Notes: generated by a model from the sequence alone, not told the origin. Positions 49,040 through 59,194 are shown, numbered from the stretch's first letter. The stretch is DNA of 64,000 nt from Desulfobacterales bacterium (GCA_963668645.2 CAXXWC010000021.1:576001-640000), one strand, 5' to 3'. Numbers and translations: made by a program.

Positions 49040-50318
49040 TTGAGCGATGACGAAAAATTCGACGTGGCGATCATCGGCGCCGGCCCGGCCGGCGCCGCCT
49101 GCGCCTACCGTCTGGCCAAGGCCGGAAAACAGGTGTTGCTGCTGGAACGCGGCGACACGCCCGGCGCCAAGAACCTCGCCGGCGGGCGCTTTTACACCTA
49201 CGCCCTGGAGATGCTCGATCTCGGCTTGAATGCCCAGGCGGCCCTGGAACGCCCGGTGACCCACGAACAGATCATGCTGCTTTCCGCTGATCGCGCCCTG
49301 GTCATCGACTACCGTGATCCGGTCCAGGCCCTGACTTCGAGTACGATCCTGCGGGCACACTTCGACGAATGGCTCGCCGGTCGGGCCGAGGCCGCCGGAG
49401 CGGTGCTGGCGTGCGGCATCCGGGTCGATGGGGTCATCGAACGTCAGGGGCGGATCGTGGGGGTACGCGCCGGGGAGGACGAAATCTTCGCGGATATGGT
49501 GGTGGCAGCCGACGGGGTCAACTCCCTGACGGCCCGAAGCCGCCGGCCTGATCCCGCAGATCCCGGCCCACACGGTGGGTGTCGGTCTCAAGGAAGTGAT
49601 CGCCCTGCCGGCCGAGACCATCGAGGCGCGCTTCAACCTCGCTCCGGGCCGAGGGGCGGCACGGGTAATCCTCGGCGGCACCAACGGAATCCACGGCGGT
49701 GGGTTTGTCTACACCAACCGCCAGAGCGTATCGCTGGGCTGCGTGCTTTCCCCCGGGCAGGCTGCTGAACGTAAAAAGCCGGTTCATGCCGTGCTCCAAC
49801 AACTCAAATGCCACCCGGCGATCCAGGCGCTGATTCAAGGCGGTCAGACCGTGGAGTACGGGGCCCACCTGGTCTCCGAAGCCGGGTGGCGCCAGGTTCC
49901 GGCCACCCTTGACCGCGATGGCCTTCTGTTGGCCGGCGATGCGGCCGGATTCGTGATCAACGCCGGGTACACCATCCGTGGTGTAGACCTGGCGATCCTG
50001 AGTGGGATCGCGGCCGCCGAGGCCATCGTCGCTGCAACGCGCGACTCCGAAGCAGGTCCGCTCTATCGGGAGGCCCTCGAACGGATAGGCCTGCTGGCGA
50101 CGATGAAGGCTGCCGACCCGACCTTCGACGTTCTGGATACCGCCTGGCTCTATGACAAAGCACCGGATACGGCAGCCGATGTATGCGCCGGTCTTTTCGC
50201 CGTCGGCAGCCATGCGCCCCGGCGGCTGCGGCAGATCGTGGCTGCGGCCGTTAAGCACAACAGGCTGTCCTGGTGGCAGATTCTAAAATTCGCTGCAAAG
50301 GGGATCCGATCGCTATGA
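49040..50318 (+). pseudogene. fixC: fixC copy 2, frameshifted
   Basis: 1279 nt versus 1278 nt in copy 1; GGCCCAAAGTGCC has become GGCCCGAAGCCGCC, splitting the gene into two ORFs. Confidence 0.88.
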
Positions 50319-50608
50319 CCATCCAAATGATGGACGCCACAACGCTCTTGGCTGTGGACAAGATTGTCATCGACGAGGAAAACCCGCATATCCGGATCGA
50401 CCGGGACATCTGTCGCAAATGCGCGGAAAAACCGTGCCTCTATGTCTGCCCGGCGGCACTTTACACCCTCGATGCCGACGGCGATGTTTCCTACGACTAT
50501 GCCGGCTGCCTCGAATGCGGCACCTGCCGTCTGGTGTGCATGCCAAAGGGGATCATCCAATGGACCTATCCGCGGGCACCTTTCGGCATCCACTACAGGC
50601 ATGGATGA
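50315..50608 (+). CDS. fixX: Ferredoxin-like FixX, divergent second allele
   Basis: MTIQMMDATTLLAVDKIVIDEENPHI...CRKCAEKPCLYVCP...CLECGTCRLVC; intact. Confidence 0.9.
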   Translation: MTIQMMDATTLLAVDKIVIDEENPHIRIDRDICRKCAEKPCLYVCPAALYTLDADGDVSYDYAGCLECGTCRLVCMPKGIIQWTYPRAPFGIHYRHG

Positions 50609-51028
50609 AACCGTTACTATCGGCCGTCTTCAAATATAACTTCAATCTATTCATCACGGAGAAGATAACCGAACGAAAAACCATTTGACCGGATCAGTTG
50701 TTCTTGGTATGGCACTCAACCAGCCGAGCAACCCGACAAGCCGGAGGGTGTACATAAATGAATAGTGGCCGGTGCCCCCTTTCCTGAACGGATTGTGGGG
50801 CTTTTTTTGTTTTATGAGCCACACCGCATTGATATCCGCCATTTCGGGACCTTAGGTGGTTGCCGGTTTCTGGGGCGAGCCGTTTTGGCCGGAACCTGCG
50901 GGAGTGGTGCTGGCCGTGCAATCTTAAAATGAATTCGTATCAAGTATCAATACGACATGGTCGGCGTTCCTGTATGCCATAAGGCAAGAATTGAAACTGA
51001 GATATCTTTAACTTCAGGTTGATTTAAG

Positions 51029-51791
51029 ATGAGAATCGCAGATATAGACGCCAAAAGAAAGCAACGCTTTGCCTATCTTTGTATAGCCTTTTCCTTGCCA
51101 GTCGTGGTTTGCTTCACTGTAATCGATTTTATTGAAGGGGATACCTTAGAAATCATTATTAATATTTTGACGGCCATTGTCTTACTCTTCGGTTTACACG
51201 CCCTACGGGGACGCGAAATAAATCTTATGGACTTATCGGTCAGTCTTAATTGATCCTCGGCATGAGTTTTTTATACAATGTTATAATCGGTGCGGGAAAG
51301 GGAACGGCGATTTATTGGCTTTTTCCTTTTCCGTTGGTCTTTATGTTTTTTCTGGGAAAAAAAGAAGGAGGGATGGCTTCAGCCGTCTTTTTCTGCGCTC
51401 TGTGTATCTTGCTCATCAATCCGATCTCGTTTGAAATCTACGAGTATAGTACGGGGGAGAGTTTACGGTTTCTAGCGGCCTTGCTGTTGGTGATTTTGAT
51501 TGCCTACGGACTTGAATCCTCGCGCAACAAATACGAACTGTTGCTCATTGAAAAGCACAAAAACCTGCTCGATGAAAAAGGAAATCTTGAAAAAGCATTA
51601 AGAGAGATAAAAACCTTGAGTGGATTAATCCCGATCTGTAGCAACTGCAAAAAAATTCGCAACGACAAAGGGTATTGGCAGAAAGTTGAAGTCTATGTGA
51701 GAGATCATAGTTTTGCCGAGTTCACGCATGGATTTGCCCGGATTGTTACAAAAGCCTTTACCCGGATTATGAGATTCCAGAAGAAGAATAG
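51029..51791 (+). pseudogene. Multi-TM protein with C-terminal LIPICxxCKKIR...HGICPxC domain, frameshifted at two places
   Basis: ORFs 51029-51253 and 51250 onward look like one membrane protein; after EFTHG the expected ICPDCYKSLYPDYEIPEEE-stop (TAG at 51791) is in another frame. Confidence 0.75.
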
Positions 51792-51803
51792 CCAAGAAAA
51801 ACC

Positions 51804-51858
51804 GCCCGGCAAATCCTTCCAGCGTACTCTTTTTCGACCGCTGAATTTATCGAACTGT
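51804..51858 (+). other. Degenerate integron attC-like site
   Basis: GCCCGGC-N5-CTTCCAGC...GCTGAAT-N5-GAACTGT: L boxes and 5-bp spacers fit attC, but both the AAC and GTT triplets are altered. Confidence 0.4.
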
Positions 51859-51949
51859 AAAAAAATCGGAATCGGATTGAAAAATCACCGCCAGGCCGCC
51901 ATGAGAACAACGTATTTATTATTTTCTGCTTGGCGAGAGGAAGCTTGAG

Positions 51950-52789
51950 TTGATTGCACTGAGTCTGTCCTTGACCGCCTGCCTCGGCTGGGGCGTGGCT
52001 GATTTTTTGGGGGGCATCCACAGCCGGCGTTTACCGACCCTGCTGGTGATGATGCTCTCGAATCTTTTCGGGTTGTTCGTCTTGGCCTTGATCGTGGCAT
52101 GGCGCGGTGTGGCCCTGCCGGCACACCCTGACCTGTTGTGGGCCGCCGCCGCGGCCGGTGCCGCCCTTATCGCCATGTTTCTGCTCTACAAAGGACTGGC
52201 CGAAGGCAATATGGCCATCGTTTCACCCATCAGCGCCACCGGCGTCATCCTGCCGGTGATAGCCGGCCTGGCCTGCGGTGAACGGCTCACCACCTTGCAA
52301 GCCGTGGGCATTATCGCGGCAGTGGCGGGAACAGTTATGGCGGCACGCGAAAACAAATCGCCACTCAACGGCAACCACGTGGCTACCGGTGCGGGACTGG
52401 CCGTGGGGTCGGCCCTGGCCATCGGGATCTTTTTCATCCTTATGGATCGGGCAAGCGAGGTGGATCCTTACTGGGCCGCTCTGGTGATGCGTATTTGCAT
52501 TGCAGCCCTGATCCTTCCGCTGCTGGCGGCCGCAAAGCCGCCGCTGCACCTTGGCCGCGGCAGCCTGGCAGGCCTTTTTGCCATGGGCACGCTGGACGCA
52601 TTGGCCAGCGTCTCTTTTGCCGTGGCCACCACCGTGGGCCTGTTGAGCCTTGTGGCGGTGCTGGGAAGCCTCTATCCGGTGATCACGGTTTTGCTGTCGG
52701 TCCTGGTGCTGCACGAACGGCCCGGAGTTCTGCAATCGGTGGGCGTGGCCCTGGCACTGACGGGCGTTGTCATGATCTCGGCCACCTGA
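51950..52789 (+). CDS. EamA/DMT-family transporter
   Basis: About 10 hydrophobic helices in two repeats; WGVADFLGG, GNMAIVSPIS, SLYPVITVLL...LHER. Confidence 0.9.
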   Translation: MIALSLSLTACLGWGVADFLGGIHSRRLPTLLVMMLSNLFGLFVLALIVAWRGVALPAHPDLLWAAAAAGAALIAMFLLYKGLAEGNMAIVSPISATGVILPVIAGLACGERLTTLQAVGIIAAVAGTVMAARENKSPLNGNHVATGAGLAVGSALAIGIFFILMDRASEVDPYWAALVMRICIAALILPLLAAAKPPLHLGRGSLAGLFAMGTLDALASVSFAVATTVGLLSLVAVLGSLYPVITVLLSVLVLHERPGVLQSVGVALALTGVVMISAT

Positions 52790-52936
52790 GGCCGAAATTC
52801 TGTAGATGCGCGATCAAGCATCTACTGCTTCGGCCTGCACATCGGCGTTGCACCGGAGTATTTTTTCCGCAACAAGCAAATCCAGAAACCGGCAGTCTCA
52901 CTCACATTGGCACAGAGGGCATCGTTTACAAGACAG

Positions 52937-52974
52937 CAAACGGCGCCCCTCCCAGCCGGGAAGGACGCCGTTTG
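52937..52974. terminator. Hairpin between convergent genes (probable bidirectional terminator)
   Basis: CAAACGGCGCCCCTCCC-AGCC-GGGAAGGACGCCGTTTG stem-loop. Confidence 0.6.
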
Positions 52975-52997
52975 TAAACAGCGATGGTTCTAAGGGG

Positions 52998-55079
52998 TTA
53001 CTGAGCCGCGGGCCGGTAGCCCATGGGCAGCTTCTTGAAGCGGCCGCCGTAGATGATCGGATCGCCTTTGTATCCCAAGGCCTTGAAGTCGATATAGTCC
53101 GTAGTGCCGACCAAATGGCTCACATCGCGCCCCTGGGAGGCCATCCAGGAAAAGTCGGTCCCCTTGTGAGCCAGCGTCTTGAAGTCCACCTCGCGGCTAT
53201 CCTGGTGGCAGCGGTCGCAGGTGCGCTCGCCCTTGAGGCTCTCGTGGCACTGGACGCACGACAGGGCCATGCCGGCCGGCATCACCTCGTGCTCCACCCC
53301 CCAGTACATCCATGTCTCGACCCATTTGTAGTCCCCGCTGTAGGCCATGCCTGCCGCCTGCATCCCATCCACAAAAGCTTTTTGCCAGTCGAGGTTTTTC
53401 CAGTAGGCGGTCTTGTCCTCCTTGTTGCGGGGAAAAAGGTGGGGCACGAGCAGGTAGCCGTATTTGGCGTCCGCCGGCTGGATCCCCTTCATGATCTTGA
53501 ACGGGGAAATTTTCGAATTGGGATCCGTGATCGACCCCACCGGCTCTGCGATGTTGGTGACCGGGGCATCCAGATCGATACGATCGCCAAGTAGCACGCG
53601 CTTGAAAAACCCGCCCTGCCAGCGGTAGACCGGTTTGGCCGACTCTTGCCAGAGAAACTCGCCCTTTCTCCAGTCGTAGTCCACCATCCCGTACTTGTCT
53701 TTTTCCGGTTTGCGCTGTTTGTCGCCGGCCTTGGACCAGTCCCACCAGACCTTGGTCGGCTTGCACTTGGCGTAGACCGGCGAATGGCACGTGTTGCACT
53801 CTATGTTTTGCGTATGCTTGTTGAGATGGTGGTCCAGAATATCGTTGCCGTAATGGGGCTTTTCCCCATGGCAGTGCTGGCATTCGAGGGCCCCTTCCAC
53901 CGCCGGCACCGAAGAGGAACGCCCGGCGATGCGGTGGTTGCGCGTCTCGTGGCACTCCGCGCACTGCATGTCATAACCGCCCATATGCACGTCACAGTTA
54001 CGGTTGGGCTGCAGGAGCTGGCGGGACATGTCGGCGTGCTTGACCGCCTCGCCGCCCCCGCCGTTGAAATGGCACTCGCCGCAGGTCTTACGCGAGCTGT
54101 GGCCCACGCTCTGGGCCACTTTGACCAGATCGACCTTGGGATCGGGCATCCCGGCCGCCGGCGGGGCCTTCTTATAAGTGCCGGTGGTGTCGTGGCAGAC
54201 GAGGCAGTCGATGCGGGTCTTGTCGCCAAAATCGAAGCCGGCGTCCTTCCAGCCGTAACCCGCGTGGCAGGACGTGCAGCGTGCCTCGTTGCTGGCCACC
54301 GCCACGCAGAAATTGTTGACGGCGGTGGTGGCCTTGCCGTGTATGACCTCCTTGCGATGGTCCAGGGTATAGGCCGAGTGGCCTTTCCAGAGCCAGTGGG
54401 CCGTGGAGAGCATATCCTCGCCGGCCGCGTCGTGGCAGCGCAGGCACTCGGCGGTCACATCCCAGGGTTTGGGATCGGCCGGCAGTTTGACCAACTCTTT
54501 GTGGTCCGGCACGTTTTTCGGATGGCAGCCGGCGCAGTCCACCGGCCCTTTGGCTTCGCTGCGGTGGCACTCGATGCACTGCTGGTGGTAGGCCGCCTTG
54601 AGCCCGAGGCGTTCGGGGTGATCGGCGCGAAACGATTCCTGGTGGCAGGCGCTGCACCGTACCGTCTCGGCGGCCGCCTTGTCCGTGGGCCGGTAATGGT
54701 GGCAAAGCGCGCAATCCTGGATGGCCGCGGCGTGCTTGGTGTGCATGAAGCGCACCGGCCCGTAATGGTCTTCGCGCTTTTTGATGATGGGGCTGTCGAG
54801 CAGAAAATAGCTGTGGGTGATGTCCTTGACCCCCAGGCCCATGTCTCTCAGACGCTGCTGGCGGCAGAGCAGGCACTCGTCTACCACCGTATCGACAAAC
54901 GGGACCACCTTCCCGGCCCGCTCCCGGGCTTCCTCCTGGTCCGGGGCTTTCCAGTCGGGACTCAGCGCCAGTTCGTCGGCATTCGAGGCCCCGGCCGCCC
55001 ACGCCGGAGCGGCCATAAGCAGAGCCGTCAGGGCGGCCATAACGAGCACCGGCCTTGCCAATAGCAATCGGTTTATCAT
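52998..55079 (-). CDS. Multiheme cytochrome c: cytochrome c3-like domain fused to octaheme tetrathionate reductase (OTR) family domain, 13 CxxCH
   Basis: Sec signal; VRFMHTKH...CALCHH, CSACH, AYHQQCIECH, CAGCH (c3-like); then VTAECLRCH, HWLW, GK..VNNFC, CTSCHAGYGW, CLVCH, CGECHFNGGGG, CAECH, CQHCH, CNTCH, WDWSKAG, CVQCH, plus an extra CDRCH. Confidence 0.9.
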   Translation of the reverse strand: MINRLLLARPVLVMAALTALLMAAPAWAAGASNADELALSPDWKAPDQEEARERAGKVVPFVDTVVDECLLCRQQRLRDMGLGVKDITHSYFLLDSPIIKKREDHYGPVRFMHTKHAAAIQDCALCHHYRPTDKAAAETVRCSACHQESFRADHPERLGLKAAYHQQCIECHRSEAKGPVDCAGCHPKNVPDHKELVKLPADPKPWDVTAECLRCHDAAGEDMLSTAHWLWKGHSAYTLDHRKEVIHGKATTAVNNFCVAVASNEARCTSCHAGYGWKDAGFDFGDKTRIDCLVCHDTTGTYKKAPPAAGMPDPKVDLVKVAQSVGHSSRKTCGECHFNGGGGEAVKHADMSRQLLQPNRNCDVHMGGYDMQCAECHETRNHRIAGRSSSVPAVEGALECQHCHGEKPHYGNDILDHHLNKHTQNIECNTCHSPVYAKCKPTKVWWDWSKAGDKQRKPEKDKYGMVDYDWRKGEFLWQESAKPVYRWQGGFFKRVLLGDRIDLDAPVTNIAEPVGSITDPNSKISPFKIMKGIQPADAKYGYLLVPHLFPRNKEDKTAYWKNLDWQKAFVDGMQAAGMAYSGDYKWVETWMYWGVEHEVMPAGMALSCVQCHESLKGERTCDRCHQDSREVDFKTLAHKGTDFSWMASQGRDVSHLVGTTDYIDFKALGYKGDPIIYGGRFKKLPMGYRPAAQ

Positions 55080-56281
55080 GCCGACACCTCCCGGGCCGGC
55101 GCCGAAAGCACCGGCAGATGGGTGACCAGAAAACGGTAGATGAACATCAGGGTGGAAATCAGGCCCACCGTGATGAGAATTTCGCCCACCGCCGGAAAGT
55201 AACTCGACTCGCTGACCGGTGGCTTGTAAGCCACCACGAAGACATTGACCCGGTTGAGCAGCACCCCGCCCACGATCATGGCGCAGGCGGCGAACAGGGC
55301 ACGCCGGTTGCGGCGCACCCGATCCGAGATCAGCATCAGCCAGGGCGCGATCACCCCCAGGAGCATCTCGACCAGAAACGCGTTGGTCTGGGCCGTGCCG
55401 TCTAAAAGGTAGACATAGGTGCCGCGCACCACCATGTCACCTATTTTGAGGGCCATGTAGAAACCGAGCAGATAGATGGTCAACCGCGTCAGGGGCCCCA
55501 GGACCCGCATCTCGCCGTCAAGCTTGAAAGATGCAGTGGCGATGGTGGTTTCGAAGACCACCATGGGGTAGCCCACCGCGATGGCCGAGGTGAGAAACAG
55601 CAGCGGCAGAATCGGGGTATACCAGAGCGGATGGACCTTGGTGGGCGCCACCAGCATCAGAGAGCCGAGACTCGACTGGTGCATGCACGAGAGCACCACC
55701 CCGGCGATGACAAAAACCCACATGGTCTTGCCCAGGACCCTGTCGGCCAGGTTCAACAGCGCTTCTGCCAATCTGTTGAGACCGGCCAGGGCCCCGGGCA
55801 GGTTCACCCGGCCCTTGAACTGTTCCACCACCACCGGCACGAACTCGATGTAGAGCACGTTGAGGTAGAACATGACGCACATGGCCACCTCGAAGAGCAC
55901 CGAATCGAAGTTCCAGAAGACCATCGGCTTCCAGATGGCCCAGGAACGGCCGATGTCCACCAGCAGGCCGAGCACCACGAATGTGTAGCCCAGCATGGCG
56001 GTGAGCAGGGCCGGGCGTACCACCGGTTCGTAGTAATGGCGGCCCACGATATGGGCCAGAAAGGCGGTGGTGAAACCGCCGGCAGCCAGGGCCACGCCCG
56101 AGGCCACATCTACGCCGATCCACAGGCCCCAGGGCCGGGCCGTGGAAAGGTTGGACACGTAACCGAGCCCGCCGATAAAGCGGGCTGCGATGGCCGCGGC
56201 CCCGGCGGCCATCAGCACGGCCAGCACCACCACCCCCGGGGTCCAGAAGCGGGTTTTCAATGCATAGGGTTGATGGGTCAT
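55076..56281 (-). CDS. NrfD/PsrC-family membrane subunit (HybB/HmcC-like)
   Basis: [59 protein letters not shown]. Confidence 0.92.
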   Translation of the reverse strand: MTHQPYALKTRFWTPGVVVLAVLMAAGAAAIAARFIGGLGYVSNLSTARPWGLWIGVDVASGVALAAGGFTTAFLAHIVGRHYYEPVVRPALLTAMLGYTFVVLGLLVDIGRSWAIWKPMVFWNFDSVLFEVAMCVMFYLNVLYIEFVPVVVEQFKGRVNLPGALAGLNRLAEALLNLADRVLGKTMWVFVIAGVVLSCMHQSSLGSLMLVAPTKVHPLWYTPILPLLFLTSAIAVGYPMVVFETTIATASFKLDGEMRVLGPLTRLTIYLLGFYMALKIGDMVVRGTYVYLLDGTAQTNAFLVEMLLGVIAPWLMLISDRVRRNRRALFAACAMIVGGVLLNRVNVFVVAYKPPVSESSYFPAVGEILITVGLISTLMFIYRFLVTHLPVLSAPAREVSA

Positions 56282-57198
56282 CTCCCGCCTCCTTGTTCGT
56301 CCTCAGGGTAGACCCCATTCTTGTGCGAGGTCCACATGATCCCGCCCAGCAGGCCGTAAAGCACGATGGGCGACCAGAGATAGGAAAAGAGGGTGTGCTG
56401 GATGGTCTCGGCCAGTCTGGGCGTCGGTTTGTCCGGCACATCGATGAAACCGAGCTTTTCAAAGGGCACTCCGGAGATGTACATCCAACTCGTCCCGCCG
56501 ACTTCCTTTTCCCCGTATATGCGGTCTATGTATCGCACCGGATTGTCCTTGATCCGATTCTTGGCCACCTCCAGCAGGGTGCTGCGCCGGCCGAAGGTGA
56601 TGGCCTCGGTGGGACAGATCTCGGCACACCCCGGCAGCCCGCCCGCCTTGCTGATACGCTCGTAACAAAAGGTGCACTTCATGACCCGCGGGGTGACCGG
56701 ATCGTGGTATTCGTAGGCCGGTATCTCGAAGGGGCAGGCCACCATGCAATAGCGGCAACCGATGCACTTGGTCACGTCATAGTGGACCGTCCCGTTTTCC
56801 TTCTTGCTCAGTGCCCCTACGATGCAGGCCGAGGCGCATGCCGGCTCCTGGCAGTGCATGCACTGGATCTTGACAAAGGTGGGCACCAGCTGATTGCCGG
56901 CATCGAGCCGGCCGGGAAAGTAGCGGTTGACCACCGTGTACGCCTTGGCATCCGGCCGGCGCAGGCGGTTGAGCACGGTGGGATCCTCGAAGGACCGGTC
57001 CGGCGGCGGCAGCCCGTTGACCCGGTTGCAGGCCTCTTCGCATTTGCGGCAGCCGATGCAGCGGGTCAGGTCGATCAGACATCCGTACGGATCACCGAGG
57101 GGGGCCGCCGCGGCCTGGGCCTTGGAGGACGGGCTGGCCGCCGCCGCGGCCCCTGCGGCTCCCGCAATCTTGAACAACCCGCGTCTGGTCAGCTTCAT
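56278..57198 (-). CDS. Tat-exported multi-[4Fe-4S] protein (HybA/HmcB-like)
   Basis: [11 protein letters not shown]at motif; [59 protein letters not shown]-terminal TM. Confidence 0.93.
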   Translation of the reverse strand: MKLTRRGLFKIAGAAGAAAAASPSSKAQAAAAPLGDPYGCLIDLTRCIGCRKCEEACNRVNGLPPPDRSFEDPTVLNRLRRPDAKAYTVVNRYFPGRLDAGNQLVPTFVKIQCMHCQEPACASACIVGALSKKENGTVHYDVTKCIGCRYCMVACPFEIPAYEYHDPVTPRVMKCTFCYERISKAGGLPGCAEICPTEAITFGRRSTLLEVAKNRIKDNPVRYIDRIYGEKEVGGTSWMYISGVPFEKLGFIDVPDKPTPRLAETIQHTLFSYLWSPIVLYGLLGGIMWTSHKNGVYPEDEQGGGR

Positions 57199-57232
57199 GG
57201 CAACTCCTTGATCACTGGTCATTGGTCAGTCG

Positions 57233-57475
57233 TCATCGTTCATCTGCGGCGTGCTTTCGGATATGCAGGCAGAGGATCTCTCCTTGCCGCTGCTCCTCGA
57301 TGATCCGGTCCCGGTGCCGCCGGGCCAACTGGCGAATGGTGGCGGCCACCTCCGGATCCTCGACCTGCACCACCAGTATTTGCCCGGGAGCAAGATGCGT
57401 GAGCCGCTGCTGGTATTCCAGCAGGCAGATCGGCCATCCGACACCGACCAGATTGAGCTGGTGCGATGAATTCAC
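57233..57475 (-). CDS. TusA/SirA-like small protein with variant motif
   Basis: GTG start after GGAGG; LNLVGVGWPICLL...LAPGQILVVQVEDP...I..LA...LHIRK fits the TusA fold pattern, with CPxP replaced by WPIC. Confidence 0.65.
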   Translation of the reverse strand: MNSSHQLNLVGVGWPICLLEYQQRLTHLAPGQILVVQVEDPEVAATIRQLARRHRDRIIEEQRQGEILCLHIRKHAADER

Positions 57476-57505
57476 AACCTTCGCCTCCCATTTGCCATGG
57501 AGCAC

Positions 57506-57521
57506 AGCAAAGTCCGTGCCG
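57506..57521 (-). promoter_or_regulatory. Sigma54 -24/-12 promoter of the tusA-hybA-hybB-otr operon
   Basis: Minus strand CGGCACGGACTTTGCT (GG-N10-GC). Confidence 0.8.
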
Positions 57522-57618
57522 GTGGCAACGGCGCCCCTGCGCCTCTTTAACCGGCAGATATTCTTATATTTATTTTTTCCCTACCCCCATCTTGTCAACC
57601 TTGTCCACCTGTTGTATC

Positions 57619-57632
57619 TAAACGATCGTTTA
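57619..57632. promoter_or_regulatory. Perfect palindrome, candidate upstream activator site
   Basis: TAAACGATCGTTTA, about 100 bp upstream of the sigma54 promoter, with an AT-rich tract in between. Confidence 0.45.
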
Positions 57633-57660
57633 AACACTTAAACACATCGATGGGAACGCC

Positions 57661-59070
57661 ATGTCCGACAGCCAGCTCAACCGATACTGGAAACGCATTG
57701 TCGATACGATGAACGACGGGCTGATGATCATCGGCACCGACGGCACCGTGATCTCGGCCAACCGGGCCTTCGAGCGTATCACCGGATACCTGGCCGAAGA
57801 GGTGGTGGGCCATTCGTGCACCGTGCTGCACTGCGACGGATGCGAAAAGATGTTCAACCGCGAGGCCCTGGCCTGGTGCGCCCTGTTCGAAAATTGCCAG
57901 GATGTGCGCTGTCACTGCCATCTGCGCGCCAAGGACGGACGGCTGGTGGCGGTGGTCAAAAACGCCTCCATGCTTATGGACGATGAGGGCCGGCCCCTGG
58001 GGGCGGTGGAAACCCTGACCGACATGTCGGAGGTCGACCGTCTCGGAGAGGAGGTGGATCGTCTGGCCCGCCAGATCGACGAAACGGGAGATTTTCACGG
58101 GATCGTGGGACGCTCGACAGCCATGCAGCGGGTCTTCAACGTGATTCAAAAGGCAGCGGCGAGCGATGCGCCGGTGATCATCCTGGGCGAAAGCGGCACC
58201 GGCAAGGAACTGGTGGCCAACGCGATCCATCGCATCGGACCGCGGTGCGAGTCGCCCTTCATGCAGATCAACTGTGCGGCCCTCAACGAGGCATTGCTGG
58301 AAAGCGAGCTTTTCGGCCATATCCGCGGCGCTTTCACCGGGGCCTACCGCCATCGCACCGGTCGCTTCGAGGCGGCCGACGGCGGGGATATCTTCCTGGA
58401 CGAAATCGGCGACATGCCACTCACCCTTCAGGCCAAGCTGCTCAGGGTCCTGGAAACCGGCCGTTTCGAGAGGGTCGGGGACCAGGCTCCAGTCAAGGTC
58501 AATGTGCGCATCATCAGCGCCACCCATCAGGACCTGCACCGGACCATCGCCGAGGGGCGTTTTCGCGAAGATCTGTTTTACCGCATCAACGTAATCCCCA
58601 TCCATCTGCCCCCGCTGCGCCAGCGGCGCGAGGACATTCCGCTGATGGTGGAACACTTCCTGGCCGGTCTGCAGCGGCGCACCGGCAAGACCATTTCCGC
58701 AGTGACCCGTCCGGCCATGGACCATCTCATGGATCATGCCTGGCCCGGCAACGTGCGCGAGCTGAAAAGCGTGCTCGAATACGCCGCCATCATCACCGAC
58801 GGGCCGGCCATCGATCTCGACCACCTGCCGGCCATGCAAAAGGCCGCGCCGCCCGCGCCGTCGGCTCTTGCATCAGAGCAACCCGTCTCCAGCCATGATC
58901 GGTCCGAGCGCGAGGCCCTGATCGAAGCCCTGCGCGCCGCCGGCGGCAACCAGACCCGGGCCGCGGCCCTGCTCGGGGTGACCCGCACCACGGTCTGGCA
59001 CCGGATACGCAAGTACAACATCTCGATCCAGAGCCTGCGGACGTCGACGCCGGCGGATCGCACCGTTTAG
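57661..59070 (+). CDS. Sigma54-dependent activator with Cys-rich PAS domain
   Basis: PAS with CTVLHCDGC...WCALFENC..VRCHCH; GESGTGKE, ELFGHIRGAFTGA, FLDEIGD, WPGNVREL, GNQTRAAALLG HTH. Confidence 0.93.
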   Translation: MSDSQLNRYWKRIVDTMNDGLMIIGTDGTVISANRAFERITGYLAEEVVGHSCTVLHCDGCEKMFNREALAWCALFENCQDVRCHCHLRAKDGRLVAVVKNASMLMDDEGRPLGAVETLTDMSEVDRLGEEVDRLARQIDETGDFHGIVGRSTAMQRVFNVIQKAAASDAPVIILGESGTGKELVANAIHRIGPRCESPFMQINCAALNEALLESELFGHIRGAFTGAYRHRTGRFEAADGGDIFLDEIGDMPLTLQAKLLRVLETGRFERVGDQAPVKVNVRIISATHQDLHRTIAEGRFREDLFYRINVIPIHLPPLRQRREDIPLMVEHFLAGLQRRTGKTISAVTRPAMDHLMDHAWPGNVRELKSVLEYAAIITDGPAIDLDHLPAMQKAAPPAPSALASEQPVSSHDRSEREALIEALRAAGGNQTRAAALLGVTRTTVWHRIRKYNISIQSLRTSTPADRTV

Positions 59071-59159
59071 AAACGCAAACGCCATGGGATGACGCGGTTT
59101 CTTGTCTTTTTTTGCACCGTTGCGCCTTGTACAACCACGGGAACTGTACTATACGCATC

Positions 59160-59194
59160 ATGTTAGTAACATTGTGCGAACTATTCTGTTCGCA
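59160..59194. promoter_or_regulatory. Two adjacent palindromes upstream of the ATPase gene
   Basis: ATGTTA-G-TAACAT (59160-59172) and TGCGAAC-N6-GTTCGCA (59175-59194). Confidence 0.4.

Larger units (their letters stand above)
48490..50617 (+). repeat. Copy 2 of the ~2.1-kb direct repeat (fixB 3' part, fixC, fixX)
   Basis: Matches 32219-34306; has an extra 39 bp between fixB and fixC, a +1 indel near 49535-49541, and divergence rising toward fixX. Confidence 0.95.

Noticed and set aside
50620..51028. Coding or IS remnant after fixX copy 2
   Set aside because: Short ORFs with no convincing motif; left unannotated.
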